From assembly GCF_046119375.1 (NCBI RefSeq), contig NW_027362767.1:384524001-384588000 (forward strand): a DNA stretch of 64,000 nucleotides. The letters run 5' to 3'. Origin of the DNA: Phyllobates terribilis. Taxonomy: Eukaryota. The position numbers were made by a program, and so were the translations under genes. Under the pieces are notes generated by a model, which was not told where the DNA came from, ran no database searches, and saw nothing but the letters and a program-made list of their open reading frames with translations. Below are positions 1 through 13,138 of the stretch, piece by piece (the stretch's first letter is position 1; each line of letters opens with the position of its first letter).

Positions 1-459
1 TTTCCTTAGTGACACAGATCTGCGCTGACTGTGCACCGTGTGACATATGAGTGGCCATAAAGTAACAAAGACACCAGTCCGGCAGATGTTACAAGAAAGA
101 CAAAGAGCTGCAGACCTGCTGCATTACCAATGGGTATATATTACATTCTGTTACACTGTATGTTCCCCATCGTTGTGCTGGGTGTAGAGTTGCCCTGAGC
201 CCAGCTGAGGACATTTACCCCCTTCTCGAGGTGGCATCATCGTGACACCCCTCTGTGTGAAGCGCAGCTTCCACGTTAACGACGTATCCAAGGTCATTAC
301 TCCGGTCCATGAAGGTGTTCACCTCCTACCCCATTGTGTTCATTTGGGAAGAAGATTACTATGGAAGAAACTCTTCATATAAAAGGCATAATCCTAAATT
401 TTGGGAAAAAATATCCCAGAAATAATATCTTTTTTTGTGGTGGAAAAAAAAGTAATAGT

Positions 460-1367
460 CTATGATGATAGGTCCTGGTCGAAGTGTCTATCCTCCATAC
501 CGCACACTAGCCCAACATCCTCATCATGGGCACAGTCATGTTCCCCAATTTTTGATCTCCGGCACTCCAAAAGGGTTTTCTCCCACCCGTGACATTTTAC
601 TTCATCGAGTAGAATTCGCAGCCCCTTGCCCTCCCCGAATTCAGCTTTTCTGGCCACCTTCAATACATAGGGATAGCCCAACTGTCTGCACACAATAGAG
701 CCGGCTTTGCTATCGAATCTGTCGTTGCAGACTGTCCCCCATTCTCCATTGATGTGGATCTCCACCCTTCCTCTATCAGGTTGCTTATCGTCATTGACCA
801 GGCGGACAGTTCCATGTTTGATTTTCTTTATGACCTTTACTTTTTGCTTCTTTAGGACCTTCTTCTTCATTCGCTTTACCCCCGAGCCTTTCTTGCCTCC
901 AGTCTTGCTTCCCGCTTCGGTCCTTCTTGGAAGAGGTGATGAGGTGGTCTTGGAGTTGATTGTGTATCTTGAGTGTGACGTTCCCCGGTTGGTCGTGAAG
1001 GTTGAGTGCGATCGTCCTTTGGTGGTGGAGAAAACGTCTTTTAATTCGCTTTGCCAACCTTTGGTGGGAATCCACTGACTCCCGGGCCGAGAAGTCACAG
1101 TAACCTTTACTCCTTTCTTAGCCTTAGTGACCCATTTCTCCATCTTTGGGTCTGACGTTACTGCTTTTCTTGGCGTTGTTGGCCTAGGGACAGGGGCAGC
1201 TGTGACATAAGCCGGGGTTGTCATTTTTCTGTATGTTGTGCTGGCAGGAGACATGGTGGTAAAGTGAGGCTCCAATGTTGTGCTGAATCTGGTTGCGTTT
1301 TGCAATCTGGTCGAAATTGAAGTTGGAGCGGATTCAGTTGTCATCGTTTTGGATTTTAGAATGAGTT
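460..1367 (-). CDS. HHIPL1: HHIP-like protein, exon 9: Ser/Thr/Pro-rich stalk, Lys-rich patch, C-terminal group A SRCR domain, stop
   Basis: Acceptor TTCTCCACAG| at 1368; VRLV...GRVEIHINGEWGTVCND...VCRQLG...ILLDEVKC.G.E..LLEC...HDCAHDEDVGLVC with six Cys; total CDS 2730 nt = 909 aa. Confidence 0.94.
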
Positions 1368-1502
1368 CTGTGGAGAACGAAGAGTTGGCATATGACGTCA
1401 TATTAGATGTCACCCTAAGGTCCCATCACACATTTTTCATCATTTTATGGATATTTTTTGCCGACATTGAATAGCCATATAGTACTTCACACCAATACTC
1501 AC

Positions 1503-1585
1503 TTTGCTTTGGGTAGAAATCCACCAGTTTCCCCTTTACGGGAACAGATCGAGGACTAAGTGCACATTTGCCTGGAGGGGCTCGT
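1503..1585 (-). CDS. HHIPL1: HHIP-like protein, exon 8
   Basis: RAPPGKCALSPRSVPVKGKLVDFYPKQ (RAPPGKC family motif); TTCATAG| and A|GTGAGT; 83 nt. Confidence 0.92.
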
Positions 1586-2095
1586 CTATGAACACAAGAG
1601 AGAAGACTGTTCAGAATAAGAAATCTGAAAAATGTAGGTTACTGATGAGAAAACCAAATAACTAGTTCTCAGGACTGACAAGCTTAAGCCATATATTGGC
1701 TTAATTTTATGTAATCATTGCCATATGGTGGCCATACAAATTAGATGAATGCCGGCCCAACTTAAAAATGTTGGTGCCCCATGTGACACAGTATAATAAG
1801 GAACGGAAATACATGAGAAGAAAAACACCTCTATGTCCTTCATATAAAATTGGAGAACTATGAAGGTACAGTGTAGGACCTTAGTTGTCTACATCCATGT
1901 AAAAGCAGTGTGCATGAGGCCTTAGTCTACCAGCTCTATACACCACCATACGTATGCACATAAATAGTCAATAACAGAAGATGGACTGAATATGCAGACA
2001 CTCTACGAAGAGGTAGTATAGGTAACATTGCCGAGATCTCTTTTTTCCACCCCTCCGTCCACCATCGGCCAGTAGTGATAGAAGTAGAATATTAC

Positions 2096-2177
2096 TTTGA
2101 TGGGTCCACTATTTTGTACATGGCTCCTGCTGCCACCGATGCACTGGGCGTTCCCGTAGACAAAAAGTATAATTCAC
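2096..2177 (-). CDS. HHIPL1: HHIP-like protein, exon 7
   Basis: [26 protein letters not shown]; TTTGAAG| and AA|GTAAT; 82 nt, phases fit both neighbours. Confidence 0.9.
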
Positions 2178-2678
2178 CTTCAAAGAGAAAAGAAAAAAAA
2201 TTGAACATTGGGACTTGTTCTAACATTTGTTGTCATGTGCTCTGACTATATCATAAAAATTAAGATGAAAACAAAGAACGAGCCAAAGAGTAGCTATCAA
2301 AAGGGTCTCCCTTCTTAGTCGACACGTCTTCTCCTCAGTGCATTGGTTGGCCTATTGATTTCAGTGGTTACCATGTAATGCTTTATTTCACCTGTGGGGG
2401 TGCTACAGGAGAACTGACCCCTTCCAAAAAATGTATCCCTCTTATTTCCTAATGCTCCTTATTTTACTGTCATGCTGTACTTCTTGTGCAATGCAACACC
2501 TCTGTACAACCTCTCTCCAACACTCTGCATAAATAAGTGTCTATATACGTCATATCACTCTTTATATAGAAGCCTTTATACCTAAAGGGAACATGTCACC
2601 AGAAAATGACTTAACATTTCAATGAGATTTTTATATTAAATGTATTTCAAAAAGCCCATCTGTGTGTATATACACATA

Positions 2679-4282
2679 CAGTTGAAACCAGAAGTTTACA
2701 TACACTACATAAAAAGACACATCTGCATGTTTTTCTCAATATCTGACATGAAATCAGAATAAACCTTTCCCGTTTTAGGTCAATTAGGATTACCATAATT
2801 TTTAATATTTACCAAATGCCAGAATAATGAGAGAGAGAGAATGTTTTAAGGCATTTTTATTACTTACTGCAAAGTCAAATGTTTACATACACTAAGATTA
2901 CTATGCCTTCATACAATTCTGGGCCGCCCATATGATGATGTCATGTGTTTGGAAGCTTCTGATAGTTTTTTTGGCAACATCTCATTTAATTAGAGACACA
3001 CCTGTGGATGTATTTTAATGCACACCTGAAACACACTGCTTCTTTGTGTAGCATCAGCCAAGAAATTCGCCAAGATATCAGGTAGAGAATTGTGGACTTG
3101 CACAAGTCTGGCTCATCCTTGGGTATGATTTCAAGATACCTGAAGGTGCCTCGTTCATCTGTACAAACAATTATACACAAGTACAAACAAGATGGGAATG
3201 TCCAGCCATCATACCGCTCAGGAAGGAGACGGGTTCTGTGTCCCAGAGATGAACATGCTTTGGTCCGACATGTGCATAGCAACCCAAGGACAAAAGCAAA
3301 AGACCTTGTGAAGATGATGGCGGAAGTTGGTAAGATTGTGTCAATATCCACAGTGAAACAAGTACTGTATCAACATGGGCTGAAAGGCCACTCTGCCAGG
3401 AAGAAGCCATTACTCCGAAAGAAACATAAAAAAGCCAGATTAATGTTTGCAAATGCACACAGGAACACAGACCTTAATTTTTGGAGACATGTCCTGTGTC
3501 TGATGAAAATAAAATTGAACTTTTTGGGCATAATGACCATCGTTACGTTTGGAGGAAAAAGGGAGAAGCTTGGAAGCCTAAGAACACCATCCCAACTGTG
3601 AAACATGGGGGTGGCAGCATCATGTTGTGGGGTTGTTTTGTTGCAGGAGGGACTGGGGCACATCACAAAATAGATGGCATCATGAGAAAAGAAGATTATG
3701 TGGCAATAGTGAAGCAACATCTCAAGACATCAGCCAGGAAGTTAAAGCTTGGACGGACATGGGTCTTCCAAATGGACAATGACCCGAAGCATACTGTCAA
3801 AATGGTAACAAAGTGGCTTAAGGATAACAAAGTCAATGTTTTGGAGTGGCCATCACAAAGCCCTGATCTCAATCCTATTGAAAATTTATGGGCAAAGCTG
3901 AATAGGCAGGTGCGAGCAAGGCGACCTACAAACCTGGATCAGTTACACCAGTTTTGTCAGGAGGAATGGGCCCAAATTCCGATCAACTATTGTGAGAAGC
4001 TTGTGGAAGGATATCCCAAACGTGTGACCCAAGTCATTCAGTTTAAGGGCAATAGTACCAAATACTAATGAAATATATGTAAACTTTTGACTTTGCAGTA
4101 AGTAATAAAAATGCCTTAAACATTCTCTGTCTCTCATTATTCTGGCATTTGGCAAATATTAAAAATTATGGTAATCCTAATTAACCTAAAATGGGAAAGG
4201 TTTATTCTGATTTCATGTTGGATATTGAGAAAAATATGCATATGTGTCTTTTTATATAGTGTATGTAAACTTCTGGTTTCAA
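2679..4282 (+). mobile_element. Tc1/mariner element, Sleeping Beauty-like IR/DR family, defective
   Basis: TA|CAGTTGAAACCAGAAGTTTACATACACT left end; inverted copy at the right end with the last ~3 nt lost into (TA)n; SB-like transposase. Confidence 0.93.
3056..4068 (+). pseudogene. SB-like Tc1 transposase pseudogene
   Basis: IVDLHKSGSSLG.IS..LKVPRSSVQTI...RKKPLL / SDENKIELFGHNDHRYVWRKKGEA...QMDNDPKH...SPDLNPIEN...KGNSTKY; start codons deleted, 1-nt frameshift near 3495. Confidence 0.9.
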
Positions 4283-4315
<33 letters not shown>

Positions 4316-4326
4316 ATATACACATA

Positions 4327-5910
4327 CAGTGCCTACAAGTAGTATTCAACCCCCTGCAGATTTAGCTGGTTTGATAAGATGCAAATAAGTTAGAGCCTTC
4401 AAACTGCAAACGAGAGTAGGTTTTATGAACAGAAGCATAAATCTTACAAACCAAAAAGTTATGTTGCTCAGTTGAATTTTATTAAATTTTAAACATAAAA
4501 GTGTGGGTCAATTATTATACAACCCCTATGTTTAATATTTTGTGGAATAACCCTTGTTTGCAATTACAGCTAATAATCGTCTTTTATAACACCTGATCAG
4601 GCCGGCACAGGTCTGTGGAGTTATCTTGGCCCACTCCTCCATGCAGATCTTCTCCAAGTTATCTAGGTTCTTTGGGTGTCTCATGTGGACTTTATTCTTG
4701 AGCTCCTTCCACAAGTTTTCAATTGGGTTAAGGTCAGGAGACTGACTAGGCCACTCCAACACCTTGACTTTTTCCCTCTTGAACCAGGCCTTGGTTTTCT
4801 TGGCTGTGTGCTTTTGGTCGTTGTCTTGTTGGAAGATGAAATTACGACCCATCTTAAGATCCTTGATGGAGGAGCGGAGGTTCTTGGCCAAAATCTCCAG
4901 GTAGGCCGTGCTATCCATCTTCCCATGGATGCGGACCAGATGGCCAGGCCCCTTGGCTGAGAAACAGCCCCACAGCATGATGCTGTCACCACCATGCTTG
5001 ACTGTAGGGATGGTATTCTTGGGGTCGTATGCAGTGCCATCCAGTCTCCAAACGTCACGTGTGTGGTTGGCACCAAAGATCTCAATCTTGGTCTCATCAG
5101 ACCATAGAACCTTGAACCAGTCTGTCTCAGAGTCCTCCAAGTGATCATGAGCAAACTGTAGACGAGCCTTGACATGACGCTTTGAAAGTAAAGGTACCAT
5201 ACAGGCTCGTCTGGAACGGAGACCATTGCGGTGGAGTACTTTACTTATGGTATTGACTGAAACCAATGTCCCCACTGCCATGAGATCTTCCCGGAGCTCC
5301 TTCCTTGTTGTCCTTGGGTTAGCCTTGACTCTTCGGACAAGCCTGGCCTCGGCACGGGAGGACACTTTCAAAGGCTGTCCAGGCCGTGGAAGGCTAACAG
5401 TAGTTCCATAAGCCTTCCACTTACGGATGATGCTCCCAACAGTGGAGACAGGTAGGCCCAACTCCTTGGAAAGGGTTTTGTACCCCTTGCCAGCCTTGTG
5501 ACCCTCCACGATCTTGTCTCTGATGGCCTTGGAATGCTCCTTTGTCTTTCCCATGTTGACCATGTCTGAGTGCTGTTCACAAGTTTGGGGAGGGTCTTAA
5601 ATAGTCATAAAAGGCTGGCAAAAGAGATCTATAATCCACACATGTGAAGCTCATTATTCTTGGTGCCTGAACTACTTCTTAATACTTTAGGGGGACCAAA
5701 CAGAATTCTTGTGGTTTGAGGGGTTGAATAATAAATGACACTCTGAATTAACTTTTAACGTTTTAAAAAAACAAAAAAAAAAAAAAATTTGCTGCAGTGC
5801 ATTTCCCACTTCCAGGCTGATCTACAGTACAAATGTCACAATGCCAAGTTAATTCCGCATGTGTCAACCAGCTAAATCTGCAGGGGGTTGAATACTACTT
5901 GTAGGCACTG
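4327..5910 (-). mobile_element. Full-length Tc1 element with an intact transposase ORF
   Basis: TA flanks on both sides; identical 45-bp terminal inverted repeats CAGTGCCTACAAGTAGTATTCAACCCCCTGCAGATTTAGCTGGTT; 1584 bp. Confidence 0.95.
4532..5563 (-). CDS. Tc1-family DD34E transposase, 343 aa, uninterrupted
   Basis: Paired-like HTH N-terminus; [23 protein letters not shown]; ends KGYSTKY. Confidence 0.88.
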   Translation of the reverse strand: MVNMGKTKEHSKAIRDKIVEGHKAGKGYKTLSKELGLPVSTVGSIIRKWKAYGTTVSLPRPGQPLKVSSRAEARLVRRVKANPRTTRKELREDLMAVGTLVSVNTISKVLHRNGLRSRRACMVPLLSKRHVKARLQFAHDHLEDSETDWFKVLWSDETKIEIFGANHTRDVWRLDGTAYDPKNTIPTVKHGGDSIMLWGCFSAKGPGHLVRIHGKMDSTAYLEILAKNLRSSIKDLKMGRNFIFQQDNDQKHTAKKTKAWFKREKVKVLEWPSQSPDLNPIENLWKELKNKVHMRHPKNLDNLEKICMEEWAKITPQTCAGLIRCYKRRLLAVIANKGYSTKY

Positions 5911-5949
5911 TATATTATCATCATATTTTTAAAATATATTACCTGTCAC

Positions 5950-6290
5950 TGTCCAGGAGGAGGAGGTGAGCTGTGACATCACCTATTGTGAATTGTGGAT
6001 CCTGTGTTATCTACTGTATATAGAGGTGTTATCAGTCATTGTACAGGAGGATGAGGTGAGCTGTGACATCACCTATTGTGAATGGTGGATCCTGTGTTAT
6101 CTACTGTATATAGAGGTGTTATCAGTCATTGTACAGGAGGAGGAGGTGAGCTGTGACACCACCTATTGTGAATGGTGGATCCTGTGTTATCTACTGTATA
6201 TAGAGGTGTTACCAGTCATTGTACAGGAGGAGGTGAGCTGTGACATCACCTATTGTGAATAGTGGATCCTGTGTTATCTACTGTATATAA
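5950..6290. repeat. ~90-bp minisatellite, about 3.7 copies
   Basis: GTGAGCTGTGACATCACC recurs at 5966, 6056, 6146 and 6233 (periods 90, 90, 87). Confidence 0.92.
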
Positions 6291-6459
6291 AGATAATACC
6301 TTTCATTGTAGTGCTGTCTGTCATGATAATGAGACTGCTGAAAAATCTTCTGTAAAGTTTAGGAAGTATAGTGGCCGGTCTTAATATTGCAAGATTTCAG
6401 TTTTTGTGTTTTTTATAATGATAGTGATATGATCTGGCTAATTATTTAAAAGAAAAAAT

Positions 6460-8477
6460 TGACCATATCAGACAGGAAATTTTCTCCCAATCCCCTAATA
6501 CCATGCATGGTCCTCCCTCTCCCATTGCATCTAGCTCATTCTCTGTCTTTGAACCAGTCACGGAAGAAGTAATCAGGCTCCTTGCATCTTCTCACCCTAC
6601 TACCTGCACCAGTGACCCCTATTCCCTCACATCTCCTTCAGTCCCTTTCCCTGGCTGTCACCACACACCTAACTAAAATATTTAATCTCTCTCTGTCATC
6701 CGGAATTTTTCCCTCATCATTTAAACACTCCAGCATACATCCATTACTTAAAAAACCATCCCTTGACCAAAACTGTGCTGCTAACTACAGACCTGTGTCT
6801 AATCTTCCATTCATCTCTAAACTCCTGGAACGCTTGGTCCACTCCCGTCTAATCCGCTATTTCTCAGATAACTCTCTTCTTGACCCTTTACAATCCGGTT
6901 TCTGCTCTTTACACTCCACTGAAACTGCCCTCACTAAAGTCTCTAACGATCTACTAACAGCTAAATCCAATGGTCACTGCTCCCTGCTGATTCTCCTGGA
7001 TCTCTCTGCAGCATTTGACACTGTGGATCACCAGCTCCTCCTCACTATGCTCCGCTCTATAGGCCTCAAGGAAACTGTTCTCTCCTGGTTCTCCTCCTAC
7101 CTATCTGACCACTCCTAACTCGTGGGGTTCCTCAAGGATCGGTCCTAGGCCCCCTCCTCTTCTCCTTATACACCACCCTTATTGGACAAACAATCAGCAG
7201 GTTCGATTTTCAGTACCATCTCTATGCTGATGACACCCAATTATACACCTCTTCTCCTGACCTCACCCCTGAATTATTACAAAATACCAGTGATTGTCTT
7301 TCCGCCGTCTCTAACATTATGTCCTCCCTCTATCTGAAACTGAATCTGTCAAAAATTGAACTTCTTGTGTTTCCTCCCTCCACTAACCTACCTATGCTTG
7401 ATATTGCCATCTCCGTGTGTGGCTACACCATTACTCCCCAGCAACAAGCCCGCTGTCTTGGGGTCATACTTGATTCAGATCTTTCCTTCTCTCCCCAGAT
7501 CCAATCACTCGCCCGCTCATGTCATCTCCACCTCAAAAACATTTCTAGAATCCGACCTTTTCTTACCTTTGACTCTGTAACGACTCTTACTGTCACTCTT
7601 ATTCACTCTCGTCTGGACTACTGCAACTCTCTTCTGATCGGTCTCCCTCTTACCAAACTTTCCCCTCTCCAATCTGCTCTGAATGCAGCAGCCAGGATCA
7701 TATTCCTGTCCAACTGCTACACCGATGCCTCCACCGTGTGCCAGTCATTGCACTGGTTACCCATCCGCTATAGAGTTCAATATAAACTCAACACCCTCAC
7801 CCACAAAGCGCTCCATGCTTCAGCACCCCCCCTACATCTCCTCCCTCGTCTCAGTCTACCACCCTACCCGTGCCCTCCGTTCTGCTAATGACCTAAGATT
7901 AACATCCTCAATAATCCGGACCTCCCACTACCATCTCCAAAACGTTTCATGTGCTGCGGCAATTCTTTGGAATGCACTACCCAGGACTCTTCGTTTAGTC
8001 CCCAATACCCACAGTTTTAAGCGTGCCCTAAAAACGCATTTCTTTAGGCTGACCTATCACCTCACCTATCTAACTATCACTTTTTTTTCTCATACAAAAT
8101 TTCCTTCCAAACCAGGTCCCTCGTATCTTCTGTTCACACATTCCCATGTACTTAATAGACTTCTGTGTCTGTACTTGTTCACATACTGGTTTGTGACTGG
8201 TTCATTTAGCATTAAGTGATTACCCTTTTTATTACATTGATGGTTGACTGTACAATACAAGCAATTGTTACCATCCACCTTTCGTGTCTCCCCTATTTCC
8301 TCATAGAGTGTAAGCTTGCGAGCAGGGTCCTCTCTCCTCCTGGTATCTGTTGATTAATGTGATTATTGCTATTCTGCAATGTCTTTTATTGTCTGTACAA
8401 TTCCCCTCTAAAATGTAAAGTGCTGCAGAATATGTTGGCGCTATAGAAATAAAAATTATTATTATTATTATTATTAT
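6460..8477 (+). mobile_element. 5'-truncated L2-clade LINE (RT region, 3'UTR and (ATT)n tail), decayed
   Basis: LLKKPSLD...NYRPVSNLPFISKLLER...QSGF...HSTETAL...LLDLSAAFDTVDH; [10 protein letters not shown]; YADDTQ; [10 protein letters not shown]; HWLP; deletion near 7115; ends AATAAAA(ATT)n. Confidence 0.88.
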
Positions 8478-8732
8478 ATGGAAGCCAACACAATACATTT
8501 TCTGATTATATATTCCCCTTACACCCTACAGATTATGTTCTCCTTTTTTGTGACATAATGTAAAGCCTCTATGTGTCATTACACCATCTGTAGCTCGGCT
8601 GCCGTGTGCCATCTATATGATTTGCGTATTTTGATGTGATGTAGGAATCCCTGAACCTCCTCCGACATCAAGTACGACAGCTACCCCTGCCCCCCACACA
8701 GCCCCTGCGTCTCTCACTTATACCACTCCTTA

Positions 8733-9191
<459 letters not shown>

Positions 9192-9399
9192 TTATGATGA
9201 GCCACTGGACTGCGAAGGGCCCATACTTTGTCCTTGCACAAGGGCCCTCTTCTGTCTGTGTGCGTCAGTGGATTTTGCTGCAATGAATTATTATTTTTTT
9301 GGCCCACTGCCTCTAAAATGGAAAACAAATCACATATTCCAAATGGATTTATTTAATAATCTCCTATTGTTTTGTGTCTACAGCTTTAATTCTAAACTA

Positions 9400-9451
9400 C
9401 AGTGGGGTACGGAAAGTATTCAGACCCCTTTAAATTTTTCACTCTTTGTTT
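9400..9451. mobile_element. Solo Tc1-type terminal repeat fragment
   Basis: TA|CAGTGGGGTACGGAAAGTATTCAGACCCCTT, about 25 nt into the intron after HHIPL exon 5; no partner end seen. Confidence 0.6.
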
Positions 9452-9474
9452 CTACTAACTCATAGTTTTTCTCA

Positions 9475-9687
<213 letters not shown>

Positions 9688-10910
9688 TCAGACTCCATGC
9701 TTTCTCGTTAATGAATTGCAAGACCGGATTTCTCATACGTCAGGCAGATGTGATGACTCTCGGTGATGTGGCTCCTTGTTCCAGGACGTACTGTACAATA
9801 TTGGTGGATTGGTTGTGTAATCTCCCCCAGATTTAGGAAGCGATTTTTCGAGACTCTGTATGACAGATGACTTTTGCTGGATCCATTGAGTTACTCTAGG
9901 CACTGAATCGCGTGTCTGGAAGATATCAGCTCACTGTACTGGGCATACCTTCAATCATTCCATACACTTCAAAGCCAAAACCAATTGTCATATCCTGATA
10001 TTCTTAGACTCCATTGCTCGATATAAAGGAAAACTCCATCCAAAAAAAGGAAATCATGTACGAGGACCGAGTCAGAACTCTCATCTACATATGCTTTGCA
10101 TATGAGCCTCATTTTTGCAGAATATATATTAGGAAACAATTGTGAGTGAAGCCAACTAGAGACAGGACTTAAAGGGGTTTCTGGTTTTCTCCTTCCACAG
10201 TTTGTTTAAAAAAAAAAAAAAAAAAGCGCTTTATTCACCCTCCCCAGGTCCACAGCTGAGGTTTCGCCACTGCTCCCGGTGTCTACTATTGTCTGCAACA
10301 CTGACATCAAATCAACAGCGCTGCAGCCAATCAGTGAGCTCAGCCCAAGTTGACGGCATGAGCCGCTGAGCTGACTGATTGGCAGTAGCGCTGTCCATGT
10401 GACGTTAGTGCAGCAGGCAATAACAGAAAACAGGAGCAGCGGCAGAGACTTAACGATGGACCCAGGGAGGGCGAATAAGGAACAGTTTATTATATATGTA
10501 ATGAGGAACATTACATAAATATATACATTAATAGATCAGTCTACTATAGACCCACTCCAAAGATTGGGGGGGACACAAGGCTCTTACAGTGGCCAGGAGC
10601 ATAATTATAGAGGGTAAAAAAAAACTGCATTTCTGTCCACTCCATTGTATGCTGGTTTTGACTGTCTCCCCAAAGTACAAAAACAGGGCTACAATAGCCG
10701 GACAGAAGATGCAAACTATCCGTCATGGTGAGATCCAACATAAGTAATTTGTCTCTTCCATTACATCTGTTGATAGAGAGTCGGGATACTGCCATAAATA
10801 TTAGATATTTGTCCAAGTTTGGCTGACTTTCCTCGGGTACCTTAATGGGTACCTTAAGCGCTCCAGGCTTGGTTTGTATCTGTGGTAGATTACCATCCAT
10901 TTTAAAGTCA

Positions 10911-11306
<396 letters not shown>

Positions 11307-11568
11307 TTAGAAAATATCTTCCAAAAACATCTTGAAATAGGGTTCCCGAGCCCTAGTCAACATCGGTGAAGGAGACCCCAATCATTGTATTTCACGTTGA
11401 TACTGTGTTCCCTTTTTGTAGTCATTAAGCCCTCCCCAAAACATCATGGCCTCAATGTGCAAATGAAGCCTTACTGTTCCCAATAGTAATACCCTTGTGT
11501 TTATGTACGTCGCCTGCTTAGGTTTTATCTACGTACTGAATATTAACAAGAGAAAACAGTTTTGCTCA

Positions 11569-11787
<219 letters not shown>

Positions 11788-12507
11788 CTATGCCTAAAAT
11801 TGGTCATATACATGAGATAACTGTCGGACGAATGTTGGTTCGAGCCCCCAATTAACATGATCTCTTGACTTTCCCGTTCATGTATTTTGAACGGGAAAAG
11901 AGGCGTAAAGCCCCCACCATACGCATTAGCTTAACGTTGACTGAACCCGCCGACTTCAACCGGTTTGGCCAACCCTCTGGTATGGGGGCCCCTGATAGAT
12001 GATGTCAAGGTAGATAAGAATCCAGCCATGTCCCATTTCACACTGCAATCCTTTTGTTCTTCTTGAAACAAGCCAAAGCCTAAGATGTCTGGTGGCGGCT
12101 CTCTCATAGAGAGTACTGAAGCACTCAACAGAGTGAGCGCTCCTGTGTATAGTAGAGACCGCTGTCAGACGACTCTGTCATCAACTTATCTCCCTTGAAG
12201 ACAAAAGGATCGAGTGTTAATCGGAAGGTCCAATGTACATGAAATGCTTGGCCGGTCCTGCTGAAAGCCCTTCTGAAATCGGTGAGTTCGGCTACTTATC
12301 TATCCTGTATGGGGGGTCCTATATAAGCACAGAGGTAGAGTGGATAAATTGTAATGTTTTTATATAAAGGGGTCGTTTGGTTTAGAAAACTAATTTTCTA
12401 ATAGTCTGTTAGGGAATTCTGGGTTGATCGCCGTTGGGATCCTGTTTTATTCATCGAAACTGGAGTTTCGCCTACAATTTAGAGATGATTGCTGGGGATC
12501 CTACAAG

Positions 12508-13138
12508 TAAAGCCCCCGTCTCACATAGCGAGATCGCTAGCGAGATCGCTGCTGTGTCACGGTTTTGGTGACGCAACAGCGACCTCACCAGCGATGTCGC
12601 TATGTGTGACACTTTGCAACGATCAGGCCCCTGCTGTGAGGTCGCTGATCGCTGCAAAGTGTCCTGGACCATTTTTTTGTCGTTGCCCTCCCGCTGGTCA
12701 GCACACATCACTGTGTGTGACCAGCGGGAGCAGCGATCAGGCTGGTAACTATGGTAAACATCGGGTTACTAGGGGCACACGCGCTCTTAGTAACCCGTTT
12801 ATCATGGTTACGAGCCTGCTAAAGTAAGCGGTAACCTCCCGCTCACCGTAGCAGAGTGGTAACCATGATAAACAACGGGTTACTAGGAGCGCGTGTGCCC
12901 CTAGTAACCCGATCTTTACCATAGTTACCAGCCTGCTCCTGCTTCAGCAGCAGGCTGGTAACCGGGGGCAGGACATCGTGGAAAGATTCTTTCCACGATG
13001 TCGCTGCTCCCCTGATCGCTGGTGAGCCTGCCTGTTTGACAGCTCACCAGCGACCACATAGCGACGCAGCAACGATCCCTGACAGGTCGTATCGTTGTCG
13101 GGATCATTGCAGCGTCGCTAAGTGTGACGGGGCCTTTA
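12508..13138. mobile_element. Foldback MITE with TAA/TTA ends (PIF/Harbinger-like)
   Basis: TAAAGCCCCCGTCTCACATAGCGA ... TCGCTAAGTGTGACGGGGCCTTTA; nested internal inverted arms (GGTAACTATGGTAAA.ATCGGGTTACTAGGGGCACACGCGC and its reverse complement). Confidence 0.8.

Noticed and set aside
1368-1413. N-terminal extension MTSNMTSY... of the 317-aa ORF
   Set aside because: It lies in the 135-nt last intron, upstream of a strong TTCTCCACAG acceptor.
5950-6290. Regularly spaced repeats resembling a CRISPR array
   Set aside because: Whole units repeat with no unique spacers, there are no cas genes, and the context is eukaryotic.
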